Below, in pieces: positions 8,389 through 16,810 of a stretch of 24,000 nucleotides of DNA. The position numbers and the translations under genes were made by a program. Source of the stretch: Promethearchaeota archaeon (lineage in GTDB: Archaea; Asgardarchaeota; Lokiarchaeia; Sigyniarchaeales; Promethearchaeaceae); the NCBI GenBank assembly GCA_016933055.1, contig JAFGBS010000004.1, forward strand, positions 215,350-239,349, read 5' to 3'. Each line of letters opens with the position of its first letter. The first letter of the stretch is position 1. The notes beneath the pieces are model-generated. The model was not told where the DNA came from. It did no database searches and saw nothing but the letters and a program-made list of their open reading frames with translations.

Positions 8389-8492
8389 TGCAGAGGGAGG
8401 GATTTGAACCCCCGCTTCTCTATGAACCAGAGCCTCAGTCTCGCCAATCGGTGAAGATTCTGGCGCCGTAGACCTGGCTTGGCTACCTCTGC
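8389..8492 (-). tRNA. tRNA-Leu (anticodon GAG), class II, interrupted by a 20-nt intron in the 5' strand of the anticodon stem
   Basis: Hand fold of the reverse complement: acceptor GCAGAGG/CCTCTGC plus discriminator A, and D arm GCC-AAGCCAGGTCTAC-GGC. After intron removal the anticodon arm is CCAGA-CTGAGGC-TCTGG, with U33, GAG and G37. The long variable arm is TTCATAGAGAAGC and the T arm is GGGGG-TTCAAAT-CCCTC. Total 104 nt = 84 + 20. No encoded CCA. A TATA-like TTTAAAA (reverse strand, about 8517-8524) sits about 25-32 nt upstream. Confidence 0.85.
8440..8459 (-). other. Predicted non-canonical tRNA intron (about position 30/31) of tRNA-Leu(GAG)
   Basis: The RNA sequence is AAUCUUCACCGAUUGGCGAG. 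Removing it restores a perfect 5-bp anticodon stem and a 7-nt loop. The flanks fold into a bulge-helix-bulge-like motif (details in findings). Cut sites from 28/29 to 31/32 give the same mature sequence. Confidence 0.6.
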
Positions 8493-8582
8493 TCTTTTAC
8501 TTTCCCGAACAATCCACTTTTAAATTCTTTTTCGAATAAGTTTGAAATTTAGTTGTTAAGTGTAATAAACTAATTTGATAAT

Positions 8583-10469
8583 TCAGATTTTAATTTTTCG
8601 GCTTTCTAATTCCAGATAGATTCGTTTGAATCCATTTATGCATAATACAATCCCAAATAATGTAAACACTACTAAGGCTATTTCTTGCATATTTGCAGTA
8701 TGGAAAAATTTGTCTTCCAAAAACAATGTCTTATTCCATAGAAGAAATGAATATAAAAACATAACCGCAGCCATTAAGAATAAAAAGCTTCCCAAAACTA
8801 TGTTAAAACGGTAAATAACCTCCCGTTTTCCCCTTCCTAACTCAACAATTTCCGAAACCACTTGTGCATTGCTATCTAATTTTTTTGTTCGTTGTTGGAT
8901 AATAGTATCAAGAGGTTTAATATCCAAAACAATCGAGATAAGACTGAAAAAGCAAATTATAACTATTGGAATCCCGTCTAATTTTTCGATAAACTGTAGG
9001 AAGAATCCTTCTAACATAACAAAATCATTTTTTGTGAAGATGATGATGGTGACCGTTAAAATCACAGCTGCAAGTTTAGTACCGCTCAACATCAGTAATA
9101 CTCTTTCGCGTTTAGCCAGTTTTAAACCATAAATTACTACACCAAATAAAGTCATCAAAATCCCTATTGCCAGACCATTAGGCGCAATAAAGATAACCAA
9201 AATAAGGCATATCACTCCCGTTAATAGCGGCAATATTGGATAGAATTTTGCCTTAAATTGACGTTTCAAATTTGGGCGCTTTCTTCTTAGAATTATAACA
9301 CTAAAGGATAACAAACACATGGATAGGATAATAGAAAAGTTGGAGAAATCTATTAGAATGTTTATATTACTGGAATTGAAGAATAAGGTTGAGATTAAAA
9401 TAAATAAACAACTGGTTAAAATCGTAATTCTGGGAATATTAGATGGATGGTGGATTTTCATCTCAGCGAATCTGCTAGGTAAATATCCATCCCGAGCCAT
9501 TGCATAAGAGATTCGGTAGGATAATTGTATTGCTGCTTGTGCTGATGTCATGGTGGAGATCATACCTGCAAATCCAATTAGATATAATCCAATTGGTCCG
9601 ATTACTGTATTCAAAGTCTCAGCTAAGGGATTATTGGATTGTGTAATTTTTTCCCAAACACTTCCTCCAGTTTCTCCCATATTGATTATAGTAGTTAAAC
9701 TAACGAGAAAATAGATACAGAGCCCTATCAAGATAGAAATAAGAAAAGCTCGTGGGATTTTTTTACCAGGTTGCCTAATTTGGTCAATACTTGCAGTTAT
9801 TGATTCGAAGGCCGAATTCCATTCATATAAACAAAATATTCCGAACAAAATGGGACTTACTCGTATCACATCCGTAAAACTTACATCTTCAAGGATATCT
9901 GGAGGATTAAAATTCTGGGTATTCAAAAATGGCCCTAAACTTAATCCCAATATAATATAAATTACGAATCCAAAGAGTAAAATCCAAGTGAACACTTTCA
10001 TGATTTTTTGCAGCTTTTTATAGGCAATTAAATTCAACACACTTAAGATCAATATCACGCCAAATCCAACGAAAGATAAATAGTTAGTAGCCAGATTCTG
10101 CTGGTTGGGAAAGAAAATAGATAAAGATAATCCGAACCCCAATCCTGATAAGGCAGAAAATGCCATATTACCTAAGAGTAAAAGCCAACCGATTAGGTAT
10201 CCCCAAAAGCCTCCTATGGCTTCCCGTGAGAAGGAGTATCCCCCCCCTAAAATCGGAAGAGAGAGTGAAAGCTCTACGTAATTTTGAACTAACATCACGA
10301 CCAGAATTCCAAGTAATAGAATTGAAAAGAGTACCCCAGCACCTGCTTGCCGAATTGACTGCCCAATAATTACATATATGGTCCCTCCGATCGTCCCGCC
10401 CAGACCTGTGAATATTAGAGAACGCAATTTAACATCTTTTTTTTTCGCAACCTTTTCTTGGTCAATCAT
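8583..10469 (-). CDS. Amino acid/polyamine/organocation (APC) superfamily permease with an extra C-terminal membrane domain
   Basis: 628-aa ORF, almost entirely hydrophobic helices. It has the N-terminal glycine-rich GLGGTIGGTIYVIIG typical of APC TM1. After about 440 aa of 12-TM core there is a further ~190-aa region with several more predicted helices. SD-like GGAG lies ~13 nt upstream and a TATA-like ATAAAAGATATA lies in the 62-nt spacer. Confidence 0.8.
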   Translation of the reverse strand: MIDQEKVAKKKDVKLRSLIFTGLGGTIGGTIYVIIGQSIRQAGAGVLFSILLLGILVVMLVQNYVELSLSLPILGGGYSFSREAIGGFWGYLIGWLLLLGNMAFSALSGLGFGLSLSIFFPNQQNLATNYLSFVGFGVILILSVLNLIAYKKLQKIMKVFTWILLFGFVIYIILGLSLGPFLNTQNFNPPDILEDVSFTDVIRVSPILFGIFCLYEWNSAFESITASIDQIRQPGKKIPRAFLISILIGLCIYFLVSLTTIINMGETGGSVWEKITQSNNPLAETLNTVIGPIGLYLIGFAGMISTMTSAQAAIQLSYRISYAMARDGYLPSRFAEMKIHHPSNIPRITILTSCLFILISTLFFNSSNINILIDFSNFSIILSMCLLSFSVIILRRKRPNLKRQFKAKFYPILPLLTGVICLILVIFIAPNGLAIGILMTLFGVVIYGLKLAKRERVLLMLSGTKLAAVILTVTIIIFTKNDFVMLEGFFLQFIEKLDGIPIVIICFFSLISIVLDIKPLDTIIQQRTKKLDSNAQVVSEIVELGRGKREVIYRFNIVLGSFLFLMAAVMFLYSFLLWNKTLFLEDKFFHTANMQEIALVVFTLFGIVLCINGFKRIYLELESRKIKI

Positions 10470-10531
10470 GTGGGTTAGTCTCTCCTATTCGACATTCAAC
10501 TACTAGACTACGTTAGGTATATCTTTTATGA

Positions 10532-11584
10532 TCAAACTAATTCCTCTCGAAATTCTTCCCATACTGATTCAATACTCATCGGTTGGAATTCTTCTTTGGA
10601 AAACTCCCTTTTGCATAAATTATAGAGTTTTTGATTAATTGCTGGCTCAAATCCATTTTTTTTTGCCAAATTGATAAAATAACCATTAATAGATTCTAGT
10701 TCCGTATCCAATGATTTATTAATGAGTAAATCCTGAGCCATAGAATTGATCCCTGTTGTTTTTTCTAAGGTTTTCCGAAAAATAGAATTAGTAATAAACC
10801 CGGGAAGGCTGGAGGCTAATCTTAGTAAAAACCACGATGGTAAGGATCCTAATTTCACCTCTTTATATCCTGCCTTTTTTAAAATCTGCAAACCTTCAGT
10901 CATAATTGCGGTGGTCAATTTACGGAATTTGGGTAGAGAAGGTATTAGGCGGAATCCGAGCCCAATTAAAGTAAAAAATGCATTAGTAAGATTTAACAGA
11001 ATTTTGTTGTGGGCTGCATCTACATACCGTGAGGTCACTGTACAATCAAATGATGGGGTAAAAATTGATTGGATGTAATCTAGATCCTTTTGGAGCGTAT
11101 TTTGGGGGGTTCCTAATATAATCGGACCTTTCTCTTTAAATCCAATTACATTAGCTGTTTTATCTCTCCATGCATTATAACATATTACTCCAAAGATAAC
11201 GCGAGGGAAGTATTTTGGTACAATCTTAAGATTCACTATTCCATTCTGAAGAGTAACGATAATGAGGTCTTTGGATTGGGTTTTATTTCTTATATCTTGA
11301 CATACTTCTTCTAGACTGTAATTCTTAACGGTAATGATGATGATTTCGGGTTCCTCCATTAGATCTTCCATGCGTTCGATAAGTGATACTGAGGGTATTT
11401 GGTCCTTTCGATCCGAGGTATTTTCATACACCGTTAATCCTTTTAAACGAATAATTTCTGCAGTCTCGCCTCTTGCGAGAAGATATAAGTTTTTCACATT
11501 TGGATAAAGCCATTTATAAAGAGTGCAACCAATTGCTCCTGCTCCATATATCAATATTGAACTAGGTGACAAATTTGAATTCAT
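10532..11584 (-). CDS. 2-dehydropantoate 2-reductase (ApbA/PanE)-family oxidoreductase
   Basis: 350-aa ORF with an N-terminal Rossmann ILIYGAGAIGCTLYKWL (GxGxxG), IIITVKNYSLEEV and VTLQNGIVN (the family's lQNG motif). Confidence 0.7.
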   Translation of the reverse strand: MNSNLSPSSILIYGAGAIGCTLYKWLYPNVKNLYLLARGETAEIIRLKGLTVYENTSDRKDQIPSVSLIERMEDLMEEPEIIIITVKNYSLEEVCQDIRNKTQSKDLIIVTLQNGIVNLKIVPKYFPRVIFGVICYNAWRDKTANVIGFKEKGPIILGTPQNTLQKDLDYIQSIFTPSFDCTVTSRYVDAAHNKILLNLTNAFFTLIGLGFRLIPSLPKFRKLTTAIMTEGLQILKKAGYKEVKLGSLPSWFLLRLASSLPGFITNSIFRKTLEKTTGINSMAQDLLINKSLDTELESINGYFINLAKKNGFEPAINQKLYNLCKREFSKEEFQPMSIESVWEEFREELV

Positions 11585-11636
11585 AAATACTGGTAGGATC
11601 TAATAGTTTATAATATCAAGGTTCCTTTCCATCCTA
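11585..11636. promoter_or_regulatory. 52-bp divergent promoter spacer with a single near-palindromic TATA element
   Basis: TTTATAATAT at 11609-11618 lies 19-28 nt upstream of the Sir2 ATG (11637) and 25-34 nt from the reductase ATG (11584). There is no room for long leaders on either side. Confidence 0.35.
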
Positions 11637-12386
11637 ATGGGTGACTATGAAACACGAATCAAACAAGCTGCACAATTAATACACAATTCTCAGTATATGG
11701 TAATATTTACTGGTGCAGGCGTATCAACCGAATCTGGAATTCCGGACTTTCGAGGACCCAATGGCTTATGGACTCGAAGGGATAAAGGGCTCTCTCCTCC
11801 CAAATCACCCAAATGGTCAAGTGTCGAACCAAACTCTGCACATGACGCTATAGTTGAACTTCAAAATATGGGATTGATGAAATTCCTCATTTCACAAAAT
11901 GTGGATAATTTACATCTGAAATCAGGGATAAAAGAGGAATTGATTGCAGAATTTCATGGGAATATGGAACTAATGCGTTGTCTAGACTGTGATAGAAAAT
12001 ATCAAAAAAAAAGGATTTGGGATGAGGAGAAATGGGGGAAAGGCTACCGAGCCAGTCCAGTAAAAGAGGGTCAAATCCCTTGTCCAGAATGTGGAGGGCG
12101 CATAATTTCTTCCATCGTAAATTTTGGAGATCCCATTCCAGACAAAGAATTAAGTGATTCCTTCAAACATTCGAAAATGGCAGATGTTTTTCTAGTAGTA
12201 GGATCATCATTATCTGTCACACCCGCTGCATATTGTCCTCAATATGCATTAGCGAATCAGGCAGATTTAATCATTATTAACAATCAACCAACACCTTTTG
12301 ATAATGCTGCAATAATTTTATTTCACGAGAATGCTGGGGAGACACTCACAGGAATCTTAAAAGAAATCCATCGATTAACAGATTAA
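11637..12386 (+). CDS. cobB: NAD-dependent protein deacetylase, Sir2/CobB family
   Basis: 249-aa ORF. It carries GAGVSTESGIPDFRGPNGLW, QNVDNLH, the catalytic FHGN, zinc-binding CLDC...CPECGG and VVGSSLSV. All canonical sirtuin motifs are present. Confidence 0.9.
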   Translation: MGDYETRIKQAAQLIHNSQYMVIFTGAGVSTESGIPDFRGPNGLWTRRDKGLSPPKSPKWSSVEPNSAHDAIVELQNMGLMKFLISQNVDNLHLKSGIKEELIAEFHGNMELMRCLDCDRKYQKKRIWDEEKWGKGYRASPVKEGQIPCPECGGRIISSIVNFGDPIPDKELSDSFKHSKMADVFLVVGSSLSVTPAAYCPQYALANQADLIIINNQPTPFDNAAIILFHENAGETLTGILKEIHRLTD

Positions 12387-12604
12387 CAATTCTCCAGTTA
12401 TCTATTAGATACTTAATAACTACGCAATTAACAATTGGGTTTTTATAGAGTACTAACATTCCTTGTGGTACCGACTAAAATCAATTATACAAAAAAAGTC
12501 TCATGAAACCGTAATACATGGAAATAAATGCTAAATTAGGCTAATTGGTTTCAATGAGATGAGTCTATATGTCGAGGGTGTGAAATATAACGGGAAATAA
12601 GCAG

Positions 12605-13900
12605 ATGGAATTTAATTTGGATAAATTTTTTGATGACTACTTGGAAAAGCCTCAGATCTTTAGAAATAGAAATTGTTTAAGTGCTAATTTTATACCAGAC
12701 GAATTACCCCATCGAACAGATCAAATACGCATAATTGCACAGATTATGGCTTGCACGCTGAAAAACTCTATTCCATCCAATCTTTTCATTTATGGTAAGA
12801 CAGGTACAGGGAAAACGGCCGTTGTAAAACACGTTAGTCAAAAATTAAATGAAAAATGCATAGAAATTGGGATACCTAATCCTAACTGGCTATATATTAA
12901 TTGTAATCAAGTTACTTCAGGATATCGTGTTCTAGCGACAATTTGTAATTATTTGGATCCTGAGAACCCCCTACCTCCAACGGGAACTCCTCGTGATATT
13001 ATGATCGAACGATTAATTACGCTACTAGAATCCAAAAATTGCCTCTGTTTTATAATTCTGGATGAAATTGATTCCCTAAAAGATAAGGAATCTAAAGATT
13101 CTGTATTGTACATATTAACCCGGATTAATGAGAATCTCATAAATTCAAAGGTAAATATCATCGGAATATCCAATATTTTGAATTTTAAGGATGATTTGGA
13201 TCCTCGAGTCTTATCCAGTTTATGTGAGGAAGAAATGGTATTTCCCGCATATAACGCGATCGAGCTTTATGATATTCTTCGTTCCCGAGCAGCACTTGCC
13301 TTTCAACCCAACATGTGTGAGGAGGGCTCCTTACGTTTATGTGCAGCAATTGCAGCCAAAGAGAATGGTGATGCACGAAGAGCCTTATCATTATTACGAA
13401 AATGTGCTGAAATCGTTGAAAGAATGGGAAAGACGATGTTATCCAGAACCGACGTGTTAACTGCCCAATACGAATTAGAAAAAGACACTACGGAAGAATT
13501 CATCAAAAATCTACCCGTTCAGCAAAAAATCATTCTACTTTCTATTTATTTAAATCAAAAACATAAAAAAACCCCTGAATCTAATAGTGGAGAAATTTAT
13601 ACAACCTACAAAGAATTAAGTAAAAAAGTATACAGCTTGAATGCTTTAACAGCCAAAAGGGTAGCAGATTTAGTAAAAGAGCTGGATCTTTCTGGAGTAA
13701 TCTCTTCTCGTCTTGTATCCTTTGGCAGAAAAGGGGGAAGAACACGAATGGTGTCCCTAAAAGTAAGAGATTCCCAGTTGAAGAGTAGTTTAGGAGACGA
13801 TGATCGCTGCAAAGCCGTGTTAGAATATGTTCCTTCTCACATACGACGAACAGATATTAATGTGGATCTAGAAGGACATCGATACAAAGCACTATTATAA
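12605..13900 (+). CDS. cdc6: Orc1/Cdc6 replication initiator (AAA+ plus C-terminal winged helix)
   Basis: 431-aa ORF with Walker A GKTGTGKT, Walker B FIILDEID, sensor-2 GDARRALSLLR and winged-helix FGRKGGRTRMV. Confidence 0.92.
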   Translation: MEFNLDKFFDDYLEKPQIFRNRNCLSANFIPDELPHRTDQIRIIAQIMACTLKNSIPSNLFIYGKTGTGKTAVVKHVSQKLNEKCIEIGIPNPNWLYINCNQVTSGYRVLATICNYLDPENPLPPTGTPRDIMIERLITLLESKNCLCFIILDEIDSLKDKESKDSVLYILTRINENLINSKVNIIGISNILNFKDDLDPRVLSSLCEEEMVFPAYNAIELYDILRSRAALAFQPNMCEEGSLRLCAAIAAKENGDARRALSLLRKCAEIVERMGKTMLSRTDVLTAQYELEKDTTEEFIKNLPVQQKIILLSIYLNQKHKKTPESNSGEIYTTYKELSKKVYSLNALTAKRVADLVKELDLSGVISSRLVSFGRKGGRTRMVSLKVRDSQLKSSLGDDDRCKAVLEYVPSHIRRTDINVDLEGHRYKALL

Positions 13901-13909
13901 CGATGATAG

Positions 13910-13981
13910 AGCTTCTGGAGGGACTTGAACCCTCGACCTATTGATTACGAATCAATCGCTATACCGCTAAGCCACAGAAGC
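13910..13981 (-). tRNA. tRNA-Thr (anticodon CGT)
   Basis: Hand fold: acceptor GCTTCTG/CAGAAGC plus discriminator U, anticodon arm ATTGA-TTCGTAA-TCAAT, and T arm GAGGG-TTCAAGT-CCCTC. 72 nt, no intron, no encoded CCA. It starts 10 nt after the cdc6 stop on the opposite strand. Confidence 0.9.
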
Positions 13982-14083
13982 TTAAGGTTAGATCTAGTGA
14001 AGTAAACTCTTTTTTATCATTTTCCACATCATAAAAAATTTGTCGTTCCTTTTTTCTGCAAGTACTCCCTCTTATATATCAGG

Positions 14084-15112
14084 ATGAAGAAAGTCAGCGA
14101 CATTGGAGAACGAGGATTGATCAAGATCATCTCTAAAATTTTGGGAGGATTGGGCAATGAGGAATTGTCTGGTGAGGATGATGCAGTAGCCATAAGATTA
14201 ACCGATCCGTCCCTTTTAGTTATAAATAATGATATGTTGGTGTCTACTACCGATATACCGACTCAAATGACATTGATTCAAGCAGGGCGTAAAGCAGTTA
14301 TAATGACCGTTTCGGATGTACTTGTGAAAGGAGCAATTCCTAAATGGGCAGTCGTTTCTTTGGGAATACCTGAGAATCTTCCCTTAGAAGATGACGGTGG
14401 GTTTAAAGGCATAATTTCGGGACTAAAACAAGGATTTGAAGAACATGATGTACAATATTTAGGTGGGGACCTAAATGAGACTAAGGAAATAATTATTTCC
14501 TGTACAATTTTTGGTGAAGCTCCTTATGGTGTGATTCCACGCTCTGGAGCGAAACCCAATGATCTTATCATAACAACTGGAAAACTAGGGGCAACCGGAT
14601 GCGGATTTTCGATTCTTATGAAAAATATCGATCCCCCGAAAATTTCCCCTGAACATAAAAAACAATTCATCCATTCTGTATTAAATCCATCCACTCCTGT
14701 CCAATATGCAATTGATTTGAAGCGAAATAACTGGGTCAATGCATCATGCGACTCTTCTGATGGAATTTTAGCTACTATCAAAGAAATATGTTCTGCAAGC
14801 AACACGGGAGCAAAATTACAATGGAATCAATTTCCCTTAGAGAATGGATTTAATGAATATATTCGCGCAACAGAACTTGATCCATTAGACCTTGTATTCA
14901 ATGCAGGAGAAGAGTTTTTACATTTGTATGTTATTCCCGCAAATAAATTTAAAGAAATAAAAGCACATTTTTTAAAAAAAAGAATGGATTTCCATGAATT
15001 GGGGTATATTACCTCAAATCCAATGGAAATAATACTGGAAAAAAATGGAACAAGAGTTAATTTATCAAAACTTACGGGATATGAACATCTAAAGAAAAAA
15101 CAAAAAGAATAA
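14084..15112 (+). CDS. thiL: Thiamine-monophosphate kinase (ThiL) / AIR-synthase-related protein
   Basis: 342-aa ORF. It carries GERGLIKII, SGEDDAVAI, VSTTDIP, LGGDLN and CDSSDGIL, the signatures of the PurM-like ATP-binding superfamily in ThiL order. Assignment to ThiL rather than another PurM-like kinase is by pattern only. Confidence 0.7.
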   Translation: MKKVSDIGERGLIKIISKILGGLGNEELSGEDDAVAIRLTDPSLLVINNDMLVSTTDIPTQMTLIQAGRKAVIMTVSDVLVKGAIPKWAVVSLGIPENLPLEDDGGFKGIISGLKQGFEEHDVQYLGGDLNETKEIIISCTIFGEAPYGVIPRSGAKPNDLIITTGKLGATGCGFSILMKNIDPPKISPEHKKQFIHSVLNPSTPVQYAIDLKRNNWVNASCDSSDGILATIKEICSASNTGAKLQWNQFPLENGFNEYIRATELDPLDLVFNAGEEFLHLYVIPANKFKEIKAHFLKKRMDFHELGYITSNPMEIILEKNGTRVNLSKLTGYEHLKKKQKE

Positions 15113-15123
15113 AATACTAAAAA

Positions 15124-16500
15124 TTATTCTCCAACTAGTTTTCCGTCTTTTATTAACTCTCCTTTTCCAAGATATTCCCGAGCCATTTTCTCTCCTTTTT
15201 CGAAATCCACAAACAATAGTAAGATAAACCCTAAACCAAAGAGTATTAATAAGGAAAGTAATCCAAGTCTATGGTTTCCGGTGGCTCCCGTGATTGTTGC
15301 CATTAAAAAGGGACCAACCACAGCTGCAAATTTTCCTAACATATTGAAAAATCCATAAAACTGGGCAGATTTTCCTTCAGGAATTAATCTTGAATATGCA
15401 CTTCTTGATAGTGCTTGGATTCCACCTTGAAATAATGCTATTGCTCCACCTATGATAAAGAATTGCCATTTTGCGGTAATAAAGTATCCAAATACAGTAA
15501 TTCCCATATAACCGCCTATTGCAATGAGAATTCCTTTTTTTGTTCCAATTTTTTTCGCAAATAGATTAAATAATAATGTAGCAGGAAATGCGATATATTG
15601 AACCATAAGTAAAATAATGGCTAGATCCGTTGCAGCAAGGTCTTCAATTTGTCCTTGTTCTGCCAGAGCCGTCCCATAGTCAAGTGCCATCCGTATAATC
15701 GTATCGACACCGTCTATGTATAACCAAAAAGCCAGTAAAAAGATTCCTACATATTTAAGATGCTTAATATCCTTTAGAGTCTCCCATAATTGCCGGAATC
15801 CTCCCTTAATCGCTTGAGTATACTTTAACTTCTCTGCAACTGGTGGTTCTTTCACTCTTATAAACAATGGAATTGAGAATATTATCCACCATACCATTAC
15901 AGATACGAATGCCCACTGAATTGCTCTAATTTCATTTTGGATTCCAAATAATCCAGGAGCAATGTACATAACAGCATTTAATGTAAAGAGCAATCCCCCT
16001 CCAATGTAACCAATGGCATACCCCAAGGAAGAAACATAATCAATTTTCTTTTCTGATGCAACACCCACCAGTATAGCGTCATAAAAAATGTTAGCCCCCG
16101 AAAATCCCAGTATTCCAAATCCGTACAAGATCATTGCGAGTTTATACTGACCTTCCAATAGTAAAGATAAAGCACCTGTCACTAATGACCCCAAAAGAGC
16201 AAAGAATCCCAGAAACCGTTTTTTATTCCCCATTTTATCCGCTATAGCGCCTAAAATAGGTGCAAGTATTGCAACGACTAATGATGCAATAGCATTTGTA
16301 TTTCCTAACCACTGAGTTTGCTGTACTTCAGTTAAGATTCCCTTACCCCAGTATTCCCCTAAGAATATCGGAATAAAAGCTGCCATAATGGTAGTTGCAA
16401 AGGCACTATTCGCCCAGTCGTATAAAGCCCAAGCCCAAATGGATTTTTTACTATCTAATTGGACAACTTCTCGTGGCGTATCATTCTTATGATTTTCCAT
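15124..16500 (-). CDS. MFS transporter, UMF1 / Atg22-like family
   Basis: 458-aa ORF with about 12 hydrophobic helices. The N-terminal WAWALYDWANSAFATTI is characteristic of the UMF1 family. Confidence 0.8.
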   Translation of the reverse strand: MENHKNDTPREVVQLDSKKSIWAWALYDWANSAFATTIMAAFIPIFLGEYWGKGILTEVQQTQWLGNTNAIASLVVAILAPILGAIADKMGNKKRFLGFFALLGSLVTGALSLLLEGQYKLAMILYGFGILGFSGANIFYDAILVGVASEKKIDYVSSLGYAIGYIGGGLLFTLNAVMYIAPGLFGIQNEIRAIQWAFVSVMVWWIIFSIPLFIRVKEPPVAEKLKYTQAIKGGFRQLWETLKDIKHLKYVGIFLLAFWLYIDGVDTIIRMALDYGTALAEQGQIEDLAATDLAIILLMVQYIAFPATLLFNLFAKKIGTKKGILIAIGGYMGITVFGYFITAKWQFFIIGGAIALFQGGIQALSRSAYSRLIPEGKSAQFYGFFNMLGKFAAVVGPFLMATITGATGNHRLGLLSLLILFGLGFILLLFVDFEKGEKMAREYLGKGELIKDGKLVGE

Positions 16501-16602
16501 ACTTATCAGCTAAAATTGAATTTTTAAGCATATTTCCACCCGGTCATTTATATTCCTATCGTCTAAACTTCCTCTTGAGTTATTATGAAAATATAAAAAG
16601 AG

Positions 16603-16687
16603 CGCACACGAAGGGATTCGAACCCATGAGAGCATAATGCTCACCGGATCTCAAGTCCGGCTCCGTTGGCCGCTTGGATACGTGTGC
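16603..16687 (-). tRNA. tRNA-Ser (anticodon TGA), class II
   Basis: Hand fold: acceptor GCACACG/CGTGTGC plus discriminator G, D arm TCC-AAGCGGCCAAC-GGA and anticodon arm CCGGA-CTTGAGA-TCCGG. The long variable arm is TGAGCATTATGCTCTC (stem GAGCA/TGCTC). The T arm ATGGG-TTCGAAT-CCCTT has one U-U mismatch. 85 nt, no intron. Confidence 0.9.
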
Positions 16688-16810
16688 TTGTTTGAAATAT
16701 AAAAATTTAACCCTTATTCCACAATCGAATCAAAGATACGAGAATCCTCCTAGTCCACAAAAACCACCAATTTAGTGTTTTGAAGTGGAAATTGGTATTA
16801 AATCTTTCAC

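Noticed and set aside
8626-10369. Plus-strand ORFs antisense to the APC permease: 8626-8814, 8869-9132, 9319-9507 and 10160-10369.
   Set aside because: These are typical antisense shadows of a long membrane-protein gene, with low-complexity translations and no start context.
11637-12386. Sir2-domain protein as a possible defence effector (Thoeris, DSR or pAgo-associated SIR2).
   Set aside because: It has the complete sirtuin deacetylase motif set, including the CxxC...CxxC zinc module and catalytic His. It is of normal size (249 aa), has no fused sensor domain, and its neighbours are housekeeping genes. It is best read as an ordinary CobB-type deacetylase.
12949-13812. A cluster of five overlapping ORFs (67-89 aa) on both strands inside the cdc6 gene: 12949-13173, 13185-13391, 13191-13460, 13303-13506 and 13606-13812.
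   Set aside because: They all lie within the well-supported Orc1/Cdc6 frame, in its more GC-rich conserved AAA+ lid region, where stop codons are rarer in the other frames. Their translations have no recognisable motifs. I treat them as shadow ORFs, not overprinted genes.
13982-14083. Possible TPP riboswitch upstream of thiL.
   Set aside because: The 102-nt spacer is AT-rich, and I saw neither the conserved CUGAGA element nor any pairing typical of the THI-box.
16395-16637. 80-aa plus-strand ORF spanning the MFS gene start and the tRNA-Ser gene.
   Set aside because: It overlaps the 5' end of the MFS transporter in antisense and runs through tRNA-Ser(TGA). Its C-terminal part is simply the tRNA sequence translated.
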